Source: Bugula neritina (taxonomy: Eukaryota; Animalia; Bryozoa). From it: a stretch of DNA of 64,000 bases. The notes under the pieces were generated by a model that was given only the letters and a program-made list of their open reading frames with translations, made no database searches and was not told where the DNA came from. The stretch spans positions 27,527,504-27,591,503 of the forward strand of contig OZ037765.1 of NCBI GenBank assembly GCA_964035545.1, in the 5' to 3' direction. Within the stretch, counting starts at the first letter, position 1. Every line of letters starts with the position of its first letter. Both the position numbers and the translations under genes were made by a program. Shown here piece by piece: positions 51,301-60,500 of this stretch.

Positions 51301-52965
51301 ACCGTCCCGTGTGATAAACGCCGCTTTCTCTTGGGCGTCGGGACTCAGAGGAACCTGCCAATAGCCGCTTAGCAAGTCTAACGTACTGAAGTACTTGCTG
51401 CCGGCTAGGGCGTCCAATGACTCGTCAATACGAGGTAGAGGGTAGGCGTCCTGTATGGTTACGCTATTGAGTTTGCGGTAGTCCACACAGAACCGCCAAC
51501 TGCCGTCTTTCTTCCGGACCAGTACGACTGGCGAGCTCCACGCACTATGGGCGGGCTCTATCAGTCCCCGGTCCAGAAGATCCCGTACTTGTCGGCTAAC
51601 CTCCTTCTCCTTCTCCGGCCCCAGCCTGCGTGTGGGCTGCCGGACAGGGACTGTCCCTGCAGTCAGCGGTATTTCGTGTCTGACAATTCCAGTCAGTCCC
51701 ACGTCATGCTCTCCGCTGCTGAACACATCACCGTAGTCGCGTAGTAACTTGGCCATAACTTGGCGCTCTCTGTTACTCGCGCAGCCACCACTGGCCGTCT
51801 CGTATAACTCCCGGAGATGTGTTGGGACTGCCCCTCGTCCCTGAATAGGGTGTCGAGGGGGTGCCTCTGTCGCATCACCCAGCGACGGGCCTACGTCTCC
51901 CTCTTGAACAGAGTGAAAACGGCCCAGCATCGACCCAGCCGGGAGCTTGATAGGCTCGGTAAAGGGGTTGACGCACTGCACTAAGATCTCCCCTTGCTCA
52001 GTCAGCTGATTCAGACTGCTGGCAAGTTGGATCTTTTCGTGCGCGCCTTCAACCACCCCGAGTCCAGAGATCCGGCTACTATTCACCCTGCAGTGAATGG
52101 TAGCCCGGGAGCGGCCTGGTATGGTACGGTTGCGTACCACTTGCACACCTCCCACTAAAGGGCAGCCGAACTTGTCGACGCAGGCGAGTTCCCGCCCGGA
52201 CATCATCATTGCAGATCTGCTAAAATCTATGTGACATCCGTGCCGTTTAAGGAACGGCATCCCGAGGATAGCATCCTCCTTGAGCTGACTGACGATGAAC
52301 GTCTCTTGGATCGTTTGATCGCGGACTCGTCCCGTCAGCTCAATTATACCATAGAAGGGAAGGCACGACCCGTCAGCTAGGGTGCCGTATTCCCCTTCGT
52401 ATGCTTCCATCTCGCCCCTGACCCTAGCACTGAGGGTGTCGAAGAGTTGGCGGCTTAAGAGGTTCGTGGTACAGCCCGAATCAATGAGAAAAGTAACAGC
52501 TTTGCCTTCCAGTTTACCGGGCAAGAAATAGCTGTTCCCATGGGGCTGCACCTGAACTCTCCCTTCAGGCCTTACTCTCGCAGGGAGTACCTCCCTCGCT
52601 TTGGGTCGCGAGGGAGGTCTCTTGGGGCGGTGATAGGTAGGCCTCGGGGGTGCCGAGGCTAGATTCTCAGCTACCTTTGTGTGCTCCCATCCAGATTCTT
52701 GGACTTGTAGCCCTGTGAATCTGTTGTGAAGGGGCATAGAAAAGGCAGCCGCGGGGCGAAGCCCCTTGCTGGTCCGTCGTGGCTGTTGCCACTGTTGGTT
52801 GCCAGTACGCGGTACCCGTCTGGGTGACCTGCGTTTCTTCTTCCCTAGAGGTTTCATCGTCGGCCCGCGGAAGGTGGGAACATCTGCGGGCCGCGGTAGT
52901 TTAACCCCTGATTTAGGAAGGGACAATATCGGCGGAAATGTCCTTGATTTCCGCACTCCCAGCAA
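48334..52965 (-). CDS. pol: Gypsy pol polyprotein (PR, RT, RNase H, IN), in the -1 frame relative to gag
   Basis: Uninterrupted 1543-codon ORF; LIDSG, PFGL, YLDD, DTDAS, HKQAH..CEIC, SDQG, VERNN, GPY motifs. Confidence 0.97.
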   Translation of the reverse strand: MLGVRKSRTFPPILSLPKSGVKLPRPADVPTFRGPTMKPLGKKKRRSPRRVPRTGNQQWQQPRRTSKGLRPAAAFSMPLHNRFTGLQVQESGWEHTKVAENLASAPPRPTYHRPKRPPSRPKAREVLPARVRPEGRVQVQPHGNSYFLPGKLEGKAVTFLIDSGCTTNLLSRQLFDTLSARVRGEMEAYEGEYGTLADGSCLPFYGIIELTGRVRDQTIQETFIVSQLKEDAILGMPFLKRHGCHIDFSRSAMMMSGRELACVDKFGCPLVGGVQVVRNRTIPGRSRATIHCRVNSSRISGLGVVEGAHEKIQLASSLNQLTEQGEILVQCVNPFTEPIKLPAGSMLGRFHSVQEGDVGPSLGDATEAPPRHPIQGRGAVPTHLRELYETASGGCASNRERQVMAKLLRDYGDVFSSGEHDVGLTGIVRHEIPLTAGTVPVRQPTRRLGPEKEKEVSRQVRDLLDRGLIEPAHSAWSSPVVLVRKKDGSWRFCVDYRKLNSVTIQDAYPLPRIDESLDALAGSKYFSTLDLLSGYWQVPLSPDAQEKAAFITRDGLWKWKVLPFGLTSAPATFQRLMEQVLSGLHWKTLLVYLDDVIVISPDFETHVSRLQEVFERLRGAGLKLKPSKCALLQPEVKYLGHVVGRNGVATDPEKVRAVEDWVTPQDLTGLRAFLGLVGYYRQYIPDFAGIAQPLNRLTAKGVTWQWTPVEQDAFDRLKGCLLTAPILAYPDPTLEYILDTDASDQNVGAVLSQVQEGREVVVAYYSKSLSPAERNYCTTRKELLAVIKSVKHFRPYLYGRKFRLRTDHASLIWLCRRAEPSSQVARWLEILAEFSYRIEHRPGKRHSNADGLSRRPDGGCKQCLNIERRDGGPPRCELETLAHHGAPFDWDQGQLRQRVDEAPEDIQNLRANPVLAGNVRELKKLQEELPGVVADIYRAKREGRRPSEERIRQGCAEFRLYCQRWDSLRIGQDGLLTISLAASGRHPERKRVVCPTAIRRELIWDTHKQAHAGVKRVMSKLRLRWYWPQMERDVRLRVKQCEICQASKHSRPPGEAGRRRLYAGRPWQVVAVDLVGPMPLTPRGNNWILVLTDHFTRWADALAIPDASAPTVARALDQHVFCYFGLPEQIHSDQGAQFQSQLMSDLCHLWGVNQSRTTPYHPQGNGVVERNNRMLGDALRSLLLGRGQEEWDTVLPQVMRAYRSTPHTSTGETPNLLMLGRETRVPDHLTYHVPEQDNSVHEYASELVERMKAAHEILRQQQWKVRHEDSDEPPLYQRGDKVWMVNYRRRRGQADKLKPKFVGPYVVVEAMPNHTYKIERSGQVSIQNESRLKPYWASPGGVGEAPPLLEPRRQTTTRGRRRHGPEYEVVIPREENLVREERQLLATEACPPPPSLIPPLPETEPVPEVQTPTEGGAPSGEQEEVTADGEVETPVEAPTNEPASVSPPLERGQRTRQPPAYLKDFVCDCVKSGTHESLGENRTRKESSKCGSCQHHGNINFCIGGSRNKIHPPGAQSLNHAPQPRCSIFSYADAVKSRRVSKQ

Positions 52966-53807
52966 AAACTGACTGTTTCTCCCTGTGGCGGCGCCGATGG
53001 CCGCATGGGCTCAGGGGCGGTACTCACTGGGTTTTGTGGTGTCAGTGTTGCTATCAGCTTGGCTAGCATGTCCGTCAGTTGAGTGACTTTTGATGCCGTC
53101 GCCAACTGGGACATGGCAGCCGCGGCGGGGGTTTCCTCCCCTTGTCCCGCGGCCGTGTCTGCGCGGTCTATCTCCACTTGGCGGGAGCTTCCGCGACTTT
53201 TATGCATTTGGTTAGCTAGGAGGTAAGCTTCCCCCTCAGTCAAAGCATCTTCAACGGTGGTGACTCCTCTAGCTAGAAACTGGTGGTGGAGACCCAGATC
53301 GTCGACAGATGCTATGAAAGCGTCGAGGGTGTACCTCTCGCGGTTGACTGGGGGCAAGTCGCTGTACGCGATCTGTGCCAGCTTCATGACCGCGGTGGCA
53401 TGCTCCCGCAGCGGGGTGCGGGGATCACGCCGCAACCTCTGCAATCGGGCCCTGGCATCTGTAGCAGAGAGGCCAAAGCGGGCCCGCAGAGAAGCAAAGA
53501 TATTATCAATGTCTACGCCCAGCCCATAGGGCTTGGCTTTGTCCATCAATGCCATTCTAAGCTTCAGCAGGGCCACCCTAGGGGGCCACTGAGCGACGTC
53601 CATTACGTCGCTAAACTCTTGGATAAATTGTTCCACCTCCTCTTCACCCGTGAAGGTGGGCGCCTTTAACCTGTAGCGGTCTTCAGCTAGTTTTCGCGGA
53701 ACCCTTCGCTCTTCTACTACATGGTTAACAGGCATTGTCTCTACAGCATTGTCTCTACGCTCACCTTCGATTGCCGGTGGTTGAATTTCAGCATTGTCAG
53801 TCTCCAT
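52854..53807 (-). CDS. gag: Gypsy gag, copy B (317 aa)
   Basis: CX2CX4HX4C knuckle; overlaps pol. Confidence 0.95.
   Translation of the reverse strand: METDNAEIQPPAIEGERRDNAVETMPVNHVVEERRVPRKLAEDRYRLKAPTFTGEEEVEQFIQEFSDVMDVAQWPPRVALLKLRMALMDKAKPYGLGVDIDNIFASLRARFGLSATDARARLQRLRRDPRTPLREHATAVMKLAQIAYSDLPPVNRERYTLDAFIASVDDLGLHHQFLARGVTTVEDALTEGEAYLLANQMHKSRGSSRQVEIDRADTAAGQGEETPAAAAMSQLATASKVTQLTDMLAKLIATLTPQNPVSTAPEPMRPSAPPQGETVSFCWECGNQGHFRRYCPFLNQGLNYRGPQMFPPSAGRR
52861..52905 (-). promoter_or_regulatory. Putative -1 ribosomal frameshift signal
   Basis: G_UUA_AAC in the gag frame, 5-nt spacer, CGGCCCGC/GCGGGCCG stem. Confidence 0.7.
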
Positions 53808-53819
53808 CTTGGATGCACT

Positions 53820-53837
53820 ATCCCACCGCTGCCACCA
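53820..53837 (-). promoter_or_regulatory. Primer binding site (tRNA-Leu), copy B
   Basis: TGGTGGCAGCGGTGGGAT, complementary to the eukaryotic tRNA-Leu 3' end ...AUCCCACCGCUGCCACCA as I recall it. Confidence 0.85.
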
Positions 53838-56003
53838 CTGTTATAATTTTCAGATTAGGGTTGATATGCTATCCAGAGAGTCTATTTATCTAGTATAGAA
53901 CTGCACCAGGCTAAGTCGAGTGAACGAGTATATTTTATTCACAACTATACATCATAAAAACACGATACATTATTTCTAACAAGTTACACATCTAATCTAT
54001 TTCACACTCTAGCTTCGACTGAGTTAGCAGCGGGAAACTACAATTGCTGCTAACTATCAACTACGCTAATTGGCTATCCATTGTTCCGGGTCAATTACGC
54101 GACCCTACATGTTGTGCTGCTGGTAGTTCCACGAACCACCACAGTATTACATACGTCGGCGTCAGAGTCACTTTCTACAGTCGGTCTAGTAGAGAGAAAG
54201 TTCAGTAAAAGGGCCTGTCAACGGTTCGTCGACGTCACGTGGGGCAGTATAAGGTCTCGAAACTCCGGGTATGAGTCGGCATCCTCTTCATATAGATGGC
54301 CCACATAGCTGTGTTGAGTACGTTGATGGCGTTTTTATAAAAGTGGTGTACCCACTGGGGCAAAAAGCCACAGTAAAATATTGGGGGACGTGTATTCGTA
54401 GGCGTTTGAGTGTTGAGAATGTGCGTCAACACTCGCTACATTTCCTGTTGGTATCCTGTCCAATAATAGCCTGTATCAGAGTTCATGTTTGTCTGGTTGT
54501 CCAAGTCGTCCGTGGTAGTAATGCTAGAGGTAATTCGAGTTTGTCGGTCGTGTCCAGTTGCATAGCGTAGTCATCAGGGGTGGTTGTCGGCTGTTCCGTC
54601 GGCGTCGTCAGGTGTGTGTCAGATAGCATGTGTCAAGTCTAGCTTCAGATATGTTGTCCCACTGTGTGGTGGGAGTGTCGAGTAGAGCCTGTATCTCAGG
54701 AGATACAGGTACAATCCTGCCTGCAACAGAGTATTCAAATTCACACATAATGTTCTCGAATCACACTCCCTGCGGGGGACTCCACCCAGTCAGTACGACA
54801 CTGTGACTGAGTTGACAACCAACAACCTCCTGGTTTTCATAAACCATCCGGGTGACCGCTCAACTCGAAGTCGCAGGTGAAATCATCTGACGTCAGGAGT
54901 CCAACTTTAGCATTATGATAAAGTGAGACTGAAGTCGACTACCAGAATAAATTCTAATTAATATAAATAGAATCATATCTAGTAGACTTACCCTCCAAAA
55001 CAGGTGCTGTATCAGCCATGCTGCTTACTAATCTGTTTTTATAGGGCCCGTAGTAGCCAAATTTGAGAGACGTGCTGCCTCTCTGTTGTTTACAATTGAA
55101 AAAGGCGCTCTACACAGCTATAAGGATGATTACATAACACCCTTGTCGCTAGTGAGTTGGCTTCGCCCTGCTGACCCGCTTCCCCCCTCCCCGGTCGACC
55201 TGGCTAACTGGCCTAGTCTGTACGCCACTGGCAAGCACAACTCTCAATTGCTGTCCCCCAGACTTCTTTTGTGCTGGTTGACAAGTTATAGTATACTATG
55301 CATGTCGACCAAGTCACACAAGAAGTCTTTCAAATAAGATGGTGGCGCCCTAGTACGTTGACTACGTTCCAACTGTACTGGGGTGAAGGAGGGGCTGCTG
55401 CCACTGGTGACTCTACCACTATGGGTGGGGTCTCCAGTGTGGGGGGTCCACCGGTACGAGTGGCTCCTCCCTAGCTATCTCCTCCTCATGAATTTGAGGA
55501 GTTTCCATCTCATCAGGGGACGACAGGTGTGTCGGCCGGCTCCACTGGTGGTGAGGCCGGTCTTCCGGTGTGTTGGTCGCCTCTTCCGAAGGTGGGGGCG
55601 GCCGATAACACAAATAACATTAGTTTATTTCATAGAAGAAATATAGAAGTTATTTTATTCTAGATTATGATCAGACCAGAGTACTTTGTATATTTTTGCT
55701 TTACTTATGATAAATGCAGTTTTCTATTGTTTGTGTTTGTCCTGTAATATATGTTTATAATGCACGCCAGTCTTTCATCCAACTTTCTTACAGTTTGCGA
55801 TTTATCATTTCTTAATTTGAGCAGTTGGCCTATTCCACCTCAATAGAAGAGTTTTAATATTCATAAATTTATGCGTTGACCAAAGTTGAGGTTGATTAAA
55901 AAATAGAGACATATTAATCTAGTTTATGATTAATGTCTCTATTTTTGTTAATGATTAGTTTTATGCCCAGTTAGTGTTTGAATTCAGATTTTAAATATTT
56001 CAG

Positions 56004-57046
56004 GTGCTAATGTCAAGCCACACGAGTATCATGGAGAGATGAATCCTATGCCTGGTACAAGATCTCGCCCTTACAACCACAACGAGGTATGCATTGTAAT
56101 GGTGTGCTGTACAGTATCAAGCACCACTATACTATGTTTATTAGTTTTTTAATTGAAAATAGTTTTATAAATGTCACATGTGATTTAAAGATTATGATGA
56201 AAACTAAATTCAGTCATGGGATTGTGAGTTTGTAATTAAATACTATTTTATGGTAACTTAGCAGATATTGTGATATTTTGTGTTCTGTAGGGATACCATT
56301 ATGGCACACTGCCAAGACGGTCTGCTAGTTTACGAACGAAAGTAAACACTGCCTTGCCAACTCGTTGGCAGAAACGCTCCTAAACTCGTATAACTAGTTG
56401 TTAAAATGTAAATAGCTGAAGCGATTTTTCCTTTTCACAACTCCCTAATGTACAGCTTGAATTCCAAATGCAGCTTATGCTTTTATTTAATGATATTCAC
56501 AATACATGCTTGTAGGAGGCAATTGTATGCTTTGGTAAGCAGCATATCAGTTGCTAAGTAGCTGCATGCTGGGGCACAGGAATGTCCAAGTTCACTGTTG
56601 ATTTGTGTATGCTTGGTTTGCTATTGTCTGGTATAAGCACTTCTAACAGTGCTTATGAAGTTACTCTGTGATCATTTCGTTTGCTAATGATAATATATTG
56701 TCTCTGTACTGTCTTTATAAATTGTAGATGTGACACGGGTGGTTATTTGAAACTTGTCTATAGTCCATCTTATATGTTTGATAAATTAGAATTATGCTTG
56801 CAATCACTAATGCATTGAGGATTACTGATTAGTATTTCATTATGTGGCAGCATGAGCATATTATTAATATGTTACTAAAATACTCCGTATATATTGTAAT
56901 GTATTTTATTTCTATTTTACAAGGGAAAATTAGATCAAGTTAAAGAAACTAAGAAGCCAACTAGAAAACTAAGATCTAAGTCCTGTTCTAAAGCAAGACC
57001 TCGTTCTCGCTCTGCTGGGAGAAGACGAGTCACAAAGAAAGTCTAA
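56004..57046 (+). pseudogene. REEP: Orphan duplicate of REEP 3' exons (56004-56086, 56291-56383, 56924-57046)
   Basis: Near-identical to 6962-8001 with splice sites intact; upstream exons absent from the duplicate. Confidence 0.85.
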
Positions 57047-57537
57047 CTAATGTTAACAACTTCATTTATGTAAAGCAGTGTTAAATCACTTTAAAACCAA
57101 ATTTTTTACATTGCAATGCAACATATTTATTATACTCAATTTTATCTCTTTAACTGTAGTATAATTTAGACTATTGGTAATGTTCATGATAGCCTATTGG
57201 CACACATGTATGCAGAATCTTATTTAATGCTCAAAAATTATATATACAATAAATGCCAATAGGCTATAAACTTGGTTTATGTGCTACCTTTGCTTAAACT
57301 ACAAAAATATGGCTACAAGATATTGTGCAAAAATACAATACACTATAAAATACTTGAACAATGCAGCAAAAGATATAAAGTAAGAAAATCTTAAACAGTT
57401 TCGGTTAGTTCAATGTTGTCACAAAATTGCTGGTGTAATTATATAATACTAACTGAGCTATGTAATTAAAAGAAATGCTATTCGAAATAGATTGTTTTTG
57501 AGCAAATTAAGTGAAGTACATAATATATTAGATTGTG

Positions 57538-60500
57538 CTAAAATACTGGTATTTCTGTCCTTGGAGTGTCTTTCAAATCGTCATCAATGAAAAGTATGGC
57601 CTGAAAAATAAAGGTTGAACATGTGTACAGTGAAATTGGAATCTATGCCAATTGCTATCACCTGCCACAACCATTCTGATACTTACTAAAAATGAGCAGG
57701 ACATGGCTCCTGCAGACAAGAAATGCCAAATATCATGACCGTCAAAAAAGTCGAGAACAATACAAGGAGCATTCAAATTTCTTGATTGTGCAGGTGTTTT
57801 CTAAAACAAATTAACACATTTGCAACATGTGCAACTTATATATGCAAGATTAGATTGACTGCTGATACATATTAGCTGGAACTGCAAGAATTAACGTAGC
57901 CAAGTATTTGACACTTGAAAGTATTAAATCATATAGCAGTACGTACTTGCCAGTCTGTTAAGTTGTGTATAAAATACCATAATGCAGGAACCCACAAAGC
58001 AATAGAAAGCAGCCCAAATATATATGTCTGAGGAACAAGTCTCTCTTTATGCACAATCTAGAAAAAAAAAAATTTTGCAACTAAGTAAGATGTCACTGAA
58101 AACACGATAAAAAACATGAATTACTAACCTGAAACTTCTAGTACTATGTGCACCCAGTTACACAACTATAAACATCAGCTTACATAACAATAGTACTTAT
58201 GAATGTATTAGTCAAGGTATACGCTATATGGTGCTATATAATAGCACACTAATATCCAGCACAAACAGTTAGAATAATTTCATTTATTCTACATGAAATT
58301 TACAGACTTATTTTTTTAAAGATGCACCACATAGTCATGGCTTTAGTATTTCCAACAAATGCACTTTAGGTATAACGATATAGCATATTATGTAGGTATC
58401 TGGATCATTGAACAGCAGTTTTGGGCCGATCTCTTACAATATTTCTTTAAATGGCCATAATATTTACAAGTGTTAATGATTTTTCATTATACTGTGCAAG
58501 TTGAATACCACAGCTGAAAAAATTGTTTCATCTAATAAATAAAAAGTTCACACTTTGATAGTTAATTTTTCATCAATATTTTTTAAATCATGTTATTCAC
58601 AGAACAATATTATAATGTACATACCCTCTTCATTGCAATGTAGAACATAAAATACAGCGCAAGGTTCATAATCGTTATTTCCAGCATAAAAGTGGCAAAA
58701 TCGGCGGGTTTTGTTATCACTCCGTAAAGACCCCTATAAAATATTGGTGAATAACTAAATAAACTGAATAATTACAATTCACTCGAAAAGAAGCTTAAAG
58801 AATAGTGTTTCCAGTTTTATATAAAAATTTCCTTTACGTTTATAGTCGATACTCACATGCCCCAGTTGCAGGCATTCATAAACAGTAGAAAGCCAAACTT
58901 TACCTACAAAAACATTTAGCTTTTAGCATTTAACATATGCAATGAAATTTTCTCAAACAGATGAATATTATACATTATGAATAATCTATTAGGAAATAAA
59001 ATTTAAGACACAAAACAGCATTGAATGCTAGTAACCATGTTGAAGCAAAAAAATATAAAATATATCTTTGAAAATGTATGAGGAAAATAAAAGATATTAA
59101 AAAGAGTATATCTCACATGAAACAGAGTTGTGGCTTATCATACAAGACTTACAGGGTAAGTGGGTGCTGAACACTTTTTCTCATCACTTCTAACTGATAC
59201 AATGTGATATTTTATGCTCTGCATCAATGCTTTGTCTAAAACAAGTGTATTATGATCTGTGCCCATCCATGTATTACAGGAGGAAAATCAAACATATAGA
59301 AAATTAAAACAAAGATCTAAAGTATTGATAATTATAGGCAATCTATATAATATATATACTATATTACAGTAATATATCATAGTATCCATAGCTTTTACTG
59401 CTTTTATGTAGTATTGACATTAATTTGGTATGAAAAGTGGAAGTTGCCTTCTGATAAAAGTCATGCTTTAGACTGTTTGTAATGCTATGCTAATCACTAA
59501 CATAACAGCTTGATGTTTTAGGTTTGAGTTTAAAAATTAAAAAGTATTTCGGACTATTTAATTGCAGATAAAAGAAGAAAATAAAGCTACTGTATCACGT
59601 ATAAATTCCTGGCTAACTATCTATAGAGAAATATGTACGGCATATTAAAAGAATTGTAAAATATATGGAAAACATAAGATAAAAGAAAAGCAAATATAAC
59701 TGTGTATAACCTTACCAAACTTGAATCGCCCCACATAGTAAACTTTGATGCTCAAATAAATGACGGAAAGAAGATAGAAGAAGGTGAACACATACCAGAA
59801 TACTGGAGAGTTGAATAACTACAAGACACAATAGAGCTTAACAGTGCTTGATGAAAAAGAGAAAAAATATTTGGTTTCACACATGAAATAAAAATACATG
59901 AAATAATCTGCTATTGTCATGAAAATGCCAATTTTTGTACAATTTCATCTTTTAACATGCATTCTAATAAACATAGTGCTGCATTATTTGCATTATAGTT
60001 GTGACATTAAATCAGGAAAATGACAAGTAATTTGCTTACCACACCAACAACTGCAATGATGATGATAATGGCGAGCGATATGAAGGCTGTATGTGCATTA
60101 GCATTGATATCAGGGTGTCTGGATTGGAATAGTCTAAGAATCAGTAAACCTCCAAGTATGTACATGAAAGCTGTGTCTAAATAATACAGAAACAAAGACT
60201 AGACAGTTTGAATAGCAGACAAACTTAATACTAAACACCACTAAACTCCATACACTGCAATCTGCATATATTGGCAAATAATATTCGCTGTACATACCAA
60301 ATTGGAAGTTGTTGTAACTTGGACAGACGTGGTAACACCCACTCATTATTCCCTCTACAAACAAAGCTAATCCCATAGCATAAAAGATACCCACGTGTTG
60401 GGGAATTCCTAGACGCTCCCGTTCTTCTTCGGGTTTGTTCATAGAGTCTCGAAACCTAACAACAATATTATAGTTAATCAACTCTCGTTGAATAGTGTAA

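Larger units (their letters stand above)
46650..54143 (-). mobile_element. Ty3/Gypsy LTR retrotransposon, copy B, intact
   Basis: 305-bp LTRs 46650-46954 and 53839-54143 (2 differences seen); TSD GTAT; PBS; G-rich PPT-like tract at ~46955-46965; all ORFs open. Confidence 0.98.
45776..55604 (-). mobile_element. 3' fragment of an older, divergent Gypsy element split by Gypsy copy B
   Basis: QLERSQRTRAPPSYLKDFLCD (~55300-55380) matches the pol tail LERGQRTRQPPAYLKDFVCD; degenerate zinc-finger ORF ~54720-54340 and coiled-coil ORF 46338-46574; left (LTR) boundary uncertain, possibly ~45381. Confidence 0.78.

Noticed and set aside
48500-53669. Antisense and alternative-frame ORFs within gag/pol (both copies)
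   Set aside because: Expected in GC-rich coding DNA; shared only because the copies are near-identical
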